This document shows positions 7,402 through 16,112 of a DNA stretch of 28,639 nucleotides, in pieces (within the stretch, counting starts at the first letter, position 1; every line of letters begins with the position of its first letter). The DNA comes from a virus (taxonomy: Duplodnaviria; Caudoviricetes). The notes beneath the pieces are model-generated. The model did not search any database and was not told the origin of the DNA. It saw nothing but the letters and a program-made list of their open reading frames with translations. The translations under genes were made by a program, and so were the position numbers. The stretch lies in IMG/VR virus record IMGVR_UViG_3300048670_000080, positions 1-28,639 of that record. One strand, 5' to 3'.

Positions 7402-9124
7402 TATTGAAACAAACGGATTAAATCCGTCAGTTGTTCATTGTTTAGTAATTAACGATGGAAATAAAACAATTCCATTTGTAGGTAACGAAATTCCAAAAGG
7501 AATAGAACTTCTCGCCGACAACTTAATAGTTGGTCACAATGTTATTGGGTACGACCTCCCCGTGCTCAATAAATTATACAACTACTCTCATAAACGAGAG
7601 CTAGTCCACGATACGCTTTGCCTTAGTCGCCTTATCTACCCAGATATCGCAAATAGCGTGGACATAAAAAAGAGTTGGCGAGAGGACAGAACAGTTTGCG
7701 GAAAGCATAATTTAAAAGCTTGGGGAACTCGTTTGGGTTTTCCTAAAATGGATTTTGAAATTTCTAATTTTGAAAAATTCACACCTGAAATGTTAGAGTA
7801 TTGCATAAGGGATGTTGAACTTACAAAAAAACTTTATGAAAAATTAACAACAAAAGATTTTAGTTTTGAGTCAATAGATTTAGAACATCAAATTACTTTT
7901 ATAACAAAGCAACAAGAAAAAAAAGGAATGGGATTTGATGTTTTAAAAGCTCAAGAATTACACGCAACTTTATTATCTAAATCAAATGAATTGAAATTAA
8001 AATTAGATGAAACATTTAAAGATTGGGTTGAAGATTTAGGAACATTTATTCCTAAAGTTAATTCTAAAAAATTTGGATACATCAAAGGAGTTCCTGTTAC
8101 TAAAACTAAAGTAGTAAAATTTAATCCTTCTTCACGACAGCATATAGCTAATAGACTTAAAGCCTTACATAATTGGAAACCTAAAAATTTTACAGAAACA
8201 GGACAGCCAATTGTAGATGAAAAAGTTTTGGAAAATTTACAATACCCAGAGGCAAAATTATTAAACGAATATTTAACATTGGAAAAAAGATTAGGAATGT
8301 TAAGTGATGGAACTAACGCCTGGCTAAAGGTTGTTAAGGATGGTCGTATACATACTCAATATGTAACTAATATTGTTACAGGTAGAATGGCATCATTAAG
8401 ACCTAATTTAATGCAAGTTCCTAATATTCATTCCATTTACGGAAAAGAATGTAGAGAATTATTTATTCCAACAAAAGGATTTGTAATGGTTGGTGTAGAT
8501 GCTAATTCATTAGAAGCATTATGCTTATCTCACTACATTTATAATTACACTAAAGGAAAAGAGTATGTTCAATTAATTTTAAGTGGAGATTTCCACTCAT
8601 ACAATATGAAAGCAGCTGGACTAACTTCAAGAGAGTTAGCTAAAAGAATGTTTTATGCTTTACTTTATGGATGCTCTTTTAAAAAACTTTCAGAAATATT
8701 AGAATGTAGTTTAACTGAGGGTAAACAAATTTATGATAAATTTTATAAAGCTTTACCATTTTTAAAAGAATTAAAACAAGACATCTATGAGAAGTGTGAA
8801 GCAACAGGAATTATAAGAGCAATTGATAAAAGAATTTTAACTTCAAGATCACAGTCCGCACAGCTTAATCTTTTAATTCAATCTTGTGGCGGTATAGTAA
8901 TGAAGAAAGCACTTGTGATTTTATGGGATAAATTAAAATCATTAGATGCTTTTGTAGTTGCTACAATTCATGACGAATTTCAAATAGAAGCTAAACCAGA
9001 GACAGCCGAGCAAGTGGGCAAACTTGCAGTTGAAAGCATAAAAGAAGCAGGGGAGTATTTTAAACTTAGAGTACCGCTTAGTGCGTCTTATAAAATAGGA
9101 CGCAATTGGGCTGAAACACACTAA
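7379..9124 (+). CDS. gp5: Family A DNA polymerase with 3'-5' exonuclease (T7 gp5-like)
   Basis: Exo motifs FDIET, GHNVIGYD, YCIRDV; FNPSSR, TGRM, motif A DANSLE, motif B RELAKRMFYALLYG, motif C HDE. Confidence 0.97.
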   Translation: MKQTLIFDIETNGLNPSVVHCLVINDGNKTIPFVGNEIPKGIELLADNLIVGHNVIGYDLPVLNKLYNYSHKRELVHDTLCLSRLIYPDIANSVDIKKSWREDRTVCGKHNLKAWGTRLGFPKMDFEISNFEKFTPEMLEYCIRDVELTKKLYEKLTTKDFSFESIDLEHQITFITKQQEKKGMGFDVLKAQELHATLLSKSNELKLKLDETFKDWVEDLGTFIPKVNSKKFGYIKGVPVTKTKVVKFNPSSRQHIANRLKALHNWKPKNFTETGQPIVDEKVLENLQYPEAKLLNEYLTLEKRLGMLSDGTNAWLKVVKDGRIHTQYVTNIVTGRMASLRPNLMQVPNIHSIYGKECRELFIPTKGFVMVGVDANSLEALCLSHYIYNYTKGKEYVQLILSGDFHSYNMKAAGLTSRELAKRMFYALLYGCSFKKLSEILECSLTEGKQIYDKFYKALPFLKELKQDIYEKCEATGIIRAIDKRILTSRSQSAQLNLLIQSCGGIVMKKALVILWDKLKSLDAFVVATIHDEFQIEAKPETAEQVGKLAVESIKEAGEYFKLRVPLSASYKIGRNWAETH

Positions 9125-9144
9125 CCCCTACACAAATAAAAACC

Positions 9145-9447
9145 ATGCAATTAATATTTGTCCTTACGGACATTGGAGACGAACGTCTTACATACACAGT
9201 GTATGAAAAAAAATTACCAACAGACACGATGCACTCAATAGCTTCAAGTCCAGCTTTGCAAGTCGGTGCTGCGTTTAGTGCTTTTTTAAAAACTATAGAT
9301 AATTACCACGCTTTGTTAGCAGAGGTTGTAATTGAAGAAGAAGTAAAAAGAAAATTTATAAAAGGAGATTTTCGAACTGATTTAGAAAAAGACACTAACA
9401 TAATTAGATTAGATTTAAACAGACTTAAACCAAAAGGAAATGCGTAA
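9145..9447 (+). CDS. Hypothetical protein (100 aa)
   Basis: ORF coupled to the exonuclease by a TAATG overlap. Confidence 0.75.
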   Translation: MQLIFVLTDIGDERLTYTVYEKKLPTDTMHSIASSPALQVGAAFSAFLKTIDNYHALLAEVVIEEEVKRKFIKGDFRTDLEKDTNIIRLDLNRLKPKGNA

Positions 9448-10268
9448 TGAGTATATTATTAGTTGATGCAGATATTGTTGCTTACAAAATTGCAGCAGTA
9501 AGTGAAACTCCTATAAGATGGGAAAATGAAGTATGGACTCTTCATTCAGATGAAACAGAGTGTCAAAGATTAATTGTAGATTATTTTGATAGATTAAAAG
9601 AAGAAACACAATGCACTAAAATAATTTCAGCATTTTCAGATAAATTAAATTTTAGAAATGAAATTTTACCTTCATATAAAGAAAACAGAAAATCTCAAAG
9701 AAAACCGCTAACATTAAAATTTTGTAAAGATTATATATATAAAAATTACAACGGGTATTCAAAACCTAAATTGGAAGCTGATGATATTATAGGAATATTG
9801 GCAACTGCTAAAATTTTACCAGGAAATAAAATTATATGTTCTGAAGATAAAGATTTAAACCAAGTAGAAGGGTTACATTATAATCCTGCTCATAGAGAAT
9901 TTTATAAAATATCTAAAAAACAAGCTGAGCATAATTTTTATTTACAAATTTTAGTTGGAGATCAATCGGATAATTATAAAGGTTGTCCTACTTTTGGAAT
10001 TGTAAAAGCTGAGAAAACTTTAGCAGGATGTAAAAATTATTGGACTAAAATAGTTGAAAGTTTTGAAAGTCAAGGATTGACAAAAAATGATGCTTTACAA
10101 CAAGCGAGAGTTGCTAGGATTTTAAAAGGTTCTGACTATAATACACAAACAAAATCTCACATACTTTGGAGTCCTGAGAAGTCTAGTAAAAAATTAAAAG
10201 GTGTAAAACTTTCTTACATTGGTTCTGAACCAGAGAAAGAAACAACTGTATTCGGAACTAAAATATGA
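9447..10268 (+). CDS. gp6: 5'-3' exonuclease (T7 gp6-like)
   Basis: LVDADIVAY, YKENRK, LEADDIIGI, SEDKD, GDQSDNYKGCP, QARVARIL. Confidence 0.95.
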   Translation: MSILLVDADIVAYKIAAVSETPIRWENEVWTLHSDETECQRLIVDYFDRLKEETQCTKIISAFSDKLNFRNEILPSYKENRKSQRKPLTLKFCKDYIYKNYNGYSKPKLEADDIIGILATAKILPGNKIICSEDKDLNQVEGLHYNPAHREFYKISKKQAEHNFYLQILVGDQSDNYKGCPTFGIVKAEKTLAGCKNYWTKIVESFESQGLTKNDALQQARVARILKGSDYNTQTKSHILWSPEKSSKKLKGVKLSYIGSEPEKETTVFGTKI

Positions 10269-10612
10269 AGCCAATACTAAAATACAACGATTTAAAACTT
10301 AGAAAGAAACCATCTTTAAAGGGAATATTAGCTGAGTTAGCCGTTGCTCACGACTGTTTAAAACAGGGTTATTTTGTTTCTAAGTCTTTAGACCCAGCGT
10401 GTCCATTTGATCTTGTGCTTACTGATGACAGTGGCACTTCATATTTAATAGATGTCAAAAGTGTTTCACGAAGAAAGAAAAACAATTCAATTATTTCTAG
10501 GTCGTTAAGCAGTATTCAAAAACAAATGAAAGTTAAATTTTATTTTTCAAACATAAACGGAGAACAAAAACCAAATGAAAACACCACTAGAAAAAGAAGC
10601 AGAAAAATATAA
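10265..10612 (+). CDS. PD-(D/E)XK nuclease (Hjc / homing-endonuclease-like)
   Basis: KGILAELAV...GYFVS...PFDLV...LIDVKS pattern. Confidence 0.75.
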   Translation: MKPILKYNDLKLRKKPSLKGILAELAVAHDCLKQGYFVSKSLDPACPFDLVLTDDSGTSYLIDVKSVSRRKKNNSIISRSLSSIQKQMKVKFYFSNINGEQKPNENTTRKRSRKI

Positions 10613-10724
10613 AAAGTTAAGCGAAGAAGAAAGTTATTCCGAAGATCTAAAATCTTTTTTTTATTCGTTATACCTAGAGTGTATTTTTAAATCAGACAAA
10701 TATGAGGAAACAAAAAATGACTAA
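10575..10724 (+). CDS. Small acidic hypothetical protein (49 aa); not in the ORF track
   Basis: GGAG at 10559-10562. Reads MKTPLEKEAEKYKKLSEEESYSEDLKSFFYSLYLECIFKSDKYEETKND; fills the gap and overlaps the next start. Confidence 0.55.
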   Translation: MKTPLEKEAEKYKKLSEEESYSEDLKSFFYSLYLECIFKSDKYEETKND

Positions 10725-10974
10725 CTCAATATTTTTTAAGCAGATTGGGGGATCCCATTATAAAAAGTTTACCATACAGCCATCTAAATTTATTAATGAT
10801 AATGAATTGTTATTTGCAGAAGGAAACGCAATTAAATACTTGTGCCGTCATAGAAACAAAGGCGGAAAACAAGATCTTGAAAAAGCTATCCACTATATTG
10901 AAATGATTATTGAAAGAGATTATGGAATTAAAAAAGAGGCAGTTCCAGCAAAACCTTTTGTAACTAAATACTAA
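10717..10974 (+). CDS. DUF3310 / T7 gp1.7-like putative nucleotide kinase
   Basis: QIGGSHY...FAEGNAIKYLCR...KGGKQDLEKAIHYIE; GAGG RBS favours ATG 10717. Confidence 0.85.
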   Translation: MTNSIFFKQIGGSHYKKFTIQPSKFINDNELLFAEGNAIKYLCRHRNKGGKQDLEKAIHYIEMIIERDYGIKKEAVPAKPFVTKY

Positions 10975-11204
10975 TGACTATAGATTTACAAAAAATACGA
11001 CATTGGAAAGTATTAACTTATTTAACTGTTGAAATTTTAATAGAAGATCAGTTTTACGCTAAAACTCCAGAATTAGGAGATATAAGAACATTTCCTCCAA
11101 GTAGTAAATCTAAATTTAAAATTTTACACACACTTAAAGAAAGAAACACAATAGAGGAAATACCAGATGAAAAACCTACTGAAGAAAATAATACAGTTTC
11201 TTAA
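10974..11204 (+). CDS. Hypothetical protein (76 aa)
   Basis: TAATG coupling to the upstream gene. Confidence 0.65.
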   Translation: MTIDLQKIRHWKVLTYLTVEILIEDQFYAKTPELGDIRTFPPSSKSKFKILHTLKERNTIEEIPDEKPTEENNTVS

Positions 11205-11487
11205 AATTAAGAAAATACCTTACCCATTGACATATGTTTTGTGGGAAGATGCACAATCTAGCACTACGTGGGAAAATATAGAGGAAACTAAAAATAGACC
11301 ACACGCCATTTGTTGCAGTGTTGGGTATTTATTATCAAGAAATAAGGAAAGCACAGTTTTAACTTCTGATTTTGGTTTTGACGAATTTGAAGGAAGAATA
11401 ATCTTACAAGATTGCGGAAACGCAATAATAATACCAACTAAAAACATTTTAAAGATTGCTTATATTAATTATACTTATGATCTTTAA
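11167..11487 (+). CDS. Hypothetical phage protein (WxDA...GYL...IP family)
   Basis: VLWEDAQS, VGYLL, IIIP pattern seen in small phage proteins; GAGG RBS. Confidence 0.75.
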   Translation: MKNLLKKIIQFLKIKKIPYPLTYVLWEDAQSSTTWENIEETKNRPHAICCSVGYLLSRNKESTVLTSDFGFDEFEGRIILQDCGNAIIIPTKNILKIAYINYTYDL

Positions 11488-11498
11488 AACCCGCCTAT

Positions 11499-11515
11499 TA
11501 GGTTGCTCTCTTGGA
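11499..11515 (+). promoter_or_regulatory. Candidate phage RNAP late promoter
   Basis: TAGGTTGCTCTCTTGGA, intergenic at the start of the structural module; shares 10 exact nt with 4804-4813. Confidence 0.45.
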
Positions 11516-11521
11516 TAACTT

Positions 11522-11710
11522 ATGCTTATAACCCAAGAATTACTCGATTATTTAGAGCAAAAATTCCCAGATAAATCACCTGAATTGAACGATAATGAAC
11601 GAACTATATGGTTTAAATCAGGTCAATCAAGCGTTGTTAAATATTTGAAACAATTAAAAGATGAACAAAGTAACAACATATTATCAACTTCAACAATAGG
11701 AAAACCATAA
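11522..11710 (+). CDS. Conserved small protein preceding the portal cluster
   Basis: LLDYLEQKFPD...IWFKSGQSSVVKYL; position typical of T7-like phages. Confidence 0.8.
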   Translation: MLITQELLDYLEQKFPDKSPELNDNERTIWFKSGQSSVVKYLKQLKDEQSNNILSTSTIGKP

Positions 11711-11711
11711 A

Positions 11712-11942
11712 ATGTGCATGCCATCTTCTCCAAAGATGCCCGCTCCCCCTCCAATTCCCGCTCCGCCAGCAACGGTGGTAAACGCTTCTTCAACTGCGTT
11801 AAGGGAAAAAGCACCTACAACACCTCAAACAGCTGTTGGAACACCTTTAAGTGTTTCCAAAAAAAGAGGAAAAAGTGCTTTGAGAATTGAATTAGATCAA
11901 TCTAATTTAAGTGGCGGACAATCAGGTGTCAATATCCCTTAA
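11712..11942 (+). CDS. Small virion/assembly protein (T7 gp6.7/7.3-like position)
   Basis: MC start, Pro-rich, KKRGKSALRI motif, directly upstream of the portal. Confidence 0.75.
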   Translation: MCMPSSPKMPAPPPIPAPPATVVNASSTALREKAPTTPQTAVGTPLSVSKKRGKSALRIELDQSNLSGGQSGVNIP

Positions 11943-11962
11943 ATAACAATTAAATAAAATAA

Positions 11963-13522
11963 ATGGAAGAAAAACCTTACACAGCAAAATCTCGTTATTT
12001 TAAATTAGAAGCATTAAGATTGCCTTATTTAGAAAGAGCAAGAGACGCAGCCGAATTTACAATACCAAGTTTAATAACAAGAGCAGGATATAACAGCTCT
12101 ACAAAACTTTACACCCCGTTTCAAGGCATCGGGGCTAGAGGAACAAATAATTTAGCAAGTAAATTATTATTAGCACTTCTTCCGCCTAATCAATCATTTT
12201 TTAGATTAACTCTTGATGAGTTCACCATAGCTAAACTTTCAGGCCAAAAAGGCATGCAAGGAGAATTTGAAAAAGCTATGGGATCAATTGAAAGAGTTAT
12301 AATGAATGAAATGGAAGTAAATAACTTCCGCACAGCATTATATGAAGCATTAAGACATTTAATTGTTGCAGGTAATGTTCTTATTTACATTACTCCTGAT
12401 CTAACTATGAAAATATATCATATAGATCAATATGTAATTAAAAGAGATACTTTAGGAAATGTTTTAGAAATTATAACTAAAGATATTGCAAGTCCTACTT
12501 CAGTATCAAAAGAAATTTTAGATCTATGCAATCATTCTGAATACAATAAAGAAAATTTAAATAAATCTATAGAAATCTACACAAGAATAACTCGGTCAGA
12601 TAATAAAAGGTGGCTTGTCCAACAAGAGGTCAATGACAAAGTCATACCAAGTTCTATTGGAAATTATCCATTGGACAAGTCTCCTTTTATACCTTTACGT
12701 TACACCACTACATCTGAAGATTGGGGCCGAGGATTTATAGAAGAGTACATGGGAGACTTACGATCGCTGGAGTCTTTATACAAAGCAGTTGTTGAAGGTT
12801 CTGCTGCTGCATCCAAAATATTATTTCTTGTAAGACCAAACGGAGTAACAAGATTAAAAACTTTATCTGAAAGTCCTAACGGTGCAATTAGAGAAGGAGA
12901 TGCTAGTGATGTATCTACTTTACAAATGCAAAAATCAGCAGATTTTCAAGTTGCATTTCAAACTATGAAATTGATTGAAGAAAGATTGCAAATGGCTTTT
13001 ATGCTTGTTCAATCAGTTCAAAGACAAGCAGACAGAGTTACTGCCACAGAAATTAGATTATTAGCAGAAAATTTAAATGAAAGTGTATCTGGACTGTATT
13101 CTTTATTATCTCAAGAATTACAATTACCTTTGATTAATAGATTAATGTACCAAATGGAAAAAGCTAAAAGATTGCCAATGCTTCCAAAAGATCAAATCAA
13201 AGTTAAAATTGTAACAGGATTAGAAGCGTTAGGTAGATCAAGTGATTTACAAAGATTAAATACATTTGTTCAACAATTAATGCCTTTCCAAAATCAACTT
13301 ATGTCTTACATAAATTTAGATGAATACGTTAAGAGAGTAGGTACATCTTTAGGTATTGATATGGATGGACTAATTAAATCACCAGAACAAATACAAGAAG
13401 AACAAGCTATGGCTCAACAGCAAGCTTTAATTGAACAAAATTCACCATCGGTAGTTAAAGAAGGAATGGGAATGTTACGAGACGCTGCGGCTCGAAATGG
13501 GGAAACAATACCACAGCAATAA
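11963..13522 (+). CDS. gp8: Head-tail connector (portal)
   Basis: GARGTNNLASKLLLALLPP, WGRG, RVTATEIR, IVTGLEALGR. Confidence 0.97.
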   Translation: MEEKPYTAKSRYFKLEALRLPYLERARDAAEFTIPSLITRAGYNSSTKLYTPFQGIGARGTNNLASKLLLALLPPNQSFFRLTLDEFTIAKLSGQKGMQGEFEKAMGSIERVIMNEMEVNNFRTALYEALRHLIVAGNVLIYITPDLTMKIYHIDQYVIKRDTLGNVLEIITKDIASPTSVSKEILDLCNHSEYNKENLNKSIEIYTRITRSDNKRWLVQQEVNDKVIPSSIGNYPLDKSPFIPLRYTTTSEDWGRGFIEEYMGDLRSLESLYKAVVEGSAAASKILFLVRPNGVTRLKTLSESPNGAIREGDASDVSTLQMQKSADFQVAFQTMKLIEERLQMAFMLVQSVQRQADRVTATEIRLLAENLNESVSGLYSLLSQELQLPLINRLMYQMEKAKRLPMLPKDQIKVKIVTGLEALGRSSDLQRLNTFVQQLMPFQNQLMSYINLDEYVKRVGTSLGIDMDGLIKSPEQIQEEQAMAQQQALIEQNSPSVVKEGMGMLRDAAARNGETIPQQ

Positions 13523-13555
13523 CAATAACAACAAAAGAAAGAGAGAAAGATAATT

Positions 13556-14338
13556 ATGGGTGAAACCGTAACCTTAAATACTCAAGAAAAAACAGAACCA
13601 GTAGAGTCTAAAGAATACCAACAGCAGATGATTGATAAAGCTAATCAATTAACTACTCCAGATGCGGAACCGCTTGCCCCATTGGCTACTGAACCAAAAC
13701 CAGTTGAAAAAATACTTGGTAAATTTAATTCCACAGAAGATTTAATTAAATCTTATCAAGAATTAGAAAAGAAACTTGGTCAACCAAAAGTAAATGATAT
13801 TAAACAAACAAATAAATTAACAGCTGATAAACCAGCTGAAGTTAAAACTTTATTTAATTTTGAACAAGCAGAAAAAGATTTTAACGAAACTGGAAATATA
13901 TCAGAACAAACTATTTCTGAATTAGAAAAAGCTGGTCTATCAAAAAATTATATAAATAATTATATTGAAGGACTTAAAGCTTTATCAGAAAGATTTGTAG
14001 AAACCGCTTATAAAGAAACAGGCGGTAAGGAAAGTTATGAAAAAATGACTGCCTGGGTTGCTTCAAATTTAGCTGAAACAGAAGTTCAAAAATTTAATGA
14101 TGGAGTTGCGTCTGACGATCAGACTGCCATTTACACTATTAAAGGAATGTTCGCTAGATATAATCAAGCAAACAGAGAACCAAATTTAAGATTAGGAGAA
14201 ACTTCAACTCAATCTTCAGGAGATGCTTACGAAAGTATTGCTCAAATGAAAGAAGATATGAAAAATCCTAAATATAATACAGACCCTGCATTTAGAAGCA
14301 TGGTTGAAAATAAATTATCGAGATCAAAGATATTCTAA
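13556..14338 (+). CDS. gp9: Capsid scaffolding protein
   Basis: KSYQELEKKLG, GGKESY..M.AW, MKNPKY..DPAFR; lies between portal and capsid. Confidence 0.93.
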   Translation: MGETVTLNTQEKTEPVESKEYQQQMIDKANQLTTPDAEPLAPLATEPKPVEKILGKFNSTEDLIKSYQELEKKLGQPKVNDIKQTNKLTADKPAEVKTLFNFEQAEKDFNETGNISEQTISELEKAGLSKNYINNYIEGLKALSERFVETAYKETGGKESYEKMTAWVASNLAETEVQKFNDGVASDDQTAIYTIKGMFARYNQANREPNLRLGETSTQSSGDAYESIAQMKEDMKNPKYNTDPAFRSMVENKLSRSKIF

Positions 14339-14437
14339 TAGGACAAAGTAGTTAGTCCTGTGTGAATAAAGCGAAAGTAAGCTTTACCCTCTGAGGAGGA
14401 CAATTTAGATTGAAATTAGCTTTTTTAATTTAACTAC
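14338..14437 (+). other. Structured RNA element in the capsid leader
   Basis: Complementary segments: AGGAC/GTCCT, GTAGTTA/TAACTAC, TAAAGC/GCTTTA, CCTC-TGAG-GAGG, AATTT/AAATT. Confidence 0.5.
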
Positions 14438-14469
14438 AACTTAACTTAAAAAAGAAAGGATATTTTATA

Positions 14470-15426
14470 ATGTCAAATTATACAGTATCAAACTTAGGTC
14501 AAGTTGCTGCCGCTGGCTCTACAAATCAATTATTTCTTCAGCTTTTTAGCGGAGAAATTTTAACTGCATTTGAAAGAGCAAACGTAGCACTTGATAAGAC
14601 ACAAGTTAGAACTATCTCTAATGGTAAGTCAGCATCTTTTCCAATAATTGGAAAAACAACAGCTGCATATCATACAGCAGGTACAGAACTAACTGGTGTA
14701 GCAATCAAACACAATGAAAGAGTAATCACTATTCAAGATTTATTAGTGGCTCACACTTTTATTGCGAACATTGATGAAGCTAAAAACCACTTCCAAGTAA
14801 GAAGTTTATACGCAAATGAGCTTGGTAATGCTTTGGCCGTGCAAATGGACAAACACATTTTCCAAACTATTTACAATGCTTCAAAAGCATCTGCATTAGA
14901 TCCGCAAGCAGCTGGTCAATCAGTTACTGAAGCAAACTTCTTAACAGACGGAAAAAAAGCAGCAGAAGCTATTTACGCAGCAGCACAAATTCTTGATGAG
15001 AATGATGTGCCTGAGTCAGATAGGTTCGCAGCAGTTTCTCCAGCAGTATATTACAACATGATAAAAGACACTACAGCAGCTACAATCAATAGAGATTTTG
15101 GCGGTCAAGGTTCTTTTGCTGACGGTAATGTATTTAAAATTGCTGGCATCCAAATCGTAAAAACTAATAACCTTCCATCTGGTGCAATTACATCAGGTGT
15201 TGGTATTGGTTCTATCGTAGGAAGCACAGGAAATTTAGGTGGAACTTTTACTAATGATAAAGCAGTTGTATGGCATAAATCATGCAGCGCAACTCTGAAA
15301 TTATTAGATCTGTCTACAGAGATGGAATATTCAGCAAGACATCAAGGTACATTAATGGTTGCTAAATATGCAGTAGGTCATGGTGTATTAAGACCAGAAG
15401 CTTCTGTAATTATTAAAACAGCTTAA
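14470..15426 (+). CDS. gp10: Major capsid protein (T7 gp10-like)
   Basis: LFLQLFSGEILTAF, RTISNGKSASFP, GHGVLRPEA; AAGGA RBS. Confidence 0.98.
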   Translation: MSNYTVSNLGQVAAAGSTNQLFLQLFSGEILTAFERANVALDKTQVRTISNGKSASFPIIGKTTAAYHTAGTELTGVAIKHNERVITIQDLLVAHTFIANIDEAKNHFQVRSLYANELGNALAVQMDKHIFQTIYNASKASALDPQAAGQSVTEANFLTDGKKAAEAIYAAAQILDENDVPESDRFAAVSPAVYYNMIKDTTAATINRDFGGQGSFADGNVFKIAGIQIVKTNNLPSGAITSGVGIGSIVGSTGNLGGTFTNDKAVVWHKSCSATLKLLDLSTEMEYSARHQGTLMVAKYAVGHGVLRPEASVIIKTA

Positions 15427-15443
15427 TTAACCTAGTAATGTAA

Positions 15444-15478
15444 ATTAAGGGGAGGGGAGAAATCCCCTCTCACTTAAT
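15444..15478 (+). terminator. Hairpin after the capsid gene (T-phi position)
   Basis: GAGGGGA-GAAA-TCCCCTC core extended by ATTAAG/CTTAAT; no U-tract. Confidence 0.7.
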
Positions 15479-15497
15479 CAATCAATAACAAAAAATA

Positions 15498-16112
15498 ATG
15501 CCATTAACAGCAACATCAAAATTAGAAGCCGTTAACACAATGTTAACAGCAATAGGGGAAATACCTGTGTCTAGTATTACAGCCGCTACCACAAACGATG
15601 TTTCAATTGCAATTAACATTTTAGAAGCAACTTCAAGAGAAGTTCAATCCAAAGGCTGGTATTTTAATACAGATTTAAATTATACACTTAGTCCAAATAA
15701 TTCTAACAACATAGAATTACCTGCAAACACACTTAGAGTTGAACTTGAAGGTTCATCTCGTTCAAATAATTATGTTGAACGTAATAGAAAACTTTACGAT
15801 CGCTATAATAATACATTTACAATCACGTCTCCTGTAAAAACAACTATAGTTTGGTATTTAGAATTTGAAAACATTCCAGAAGTTGCTCGTCATTATATAA
15901 CAATAAGAGCAGCAAGAATATTTCAAGATCGCATGTTAGTTTCTGCTGAACTACATAAATTTCATGAAATGGATGAATTACAAGCTTACATGAGCCTTAC
16001 AGAAGCAGAAGGTGATCTTGGTAGACATAACATTTTAACTGGTAATTATGATGTTTATTCAACTTTAGACAGAGGAAATTATCAACCTCATTTTAGTGAT
16101 GGCGATGAATAA
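15498..16112 (+). CDS. gp11: Tail tubular protein A
   Basis: LEAVNTML.AIGE.PV, VQSKGWYFN, YITIRAARIFQ. Confidence 0.95.
   Translation: MPLTATSKLEAVNTMLTAIGEIPVSSITAATTNDVSIAINILEATSREVQSKGWYFNTDLNYTLSPNNSNNIELPANTLRVELEGSSRSNNYVERNRKLYDRYNNTFTITSPVKTTIVWYLEFENIPEVARHYITIRAARIFQDRMLVSAELHKFHEMDELQAYMSLTEAEGDLGRHNILTGNYDVYSTLDRGNYQPHFSDGDE

Noticed and set aside
15380-15440. T7 10A/10B-type capsid frameshift extension
   Set aside because: No clear slippery site, and the 71-nt spacer with stop codons and a hairpin leaves no room for an extension domain.
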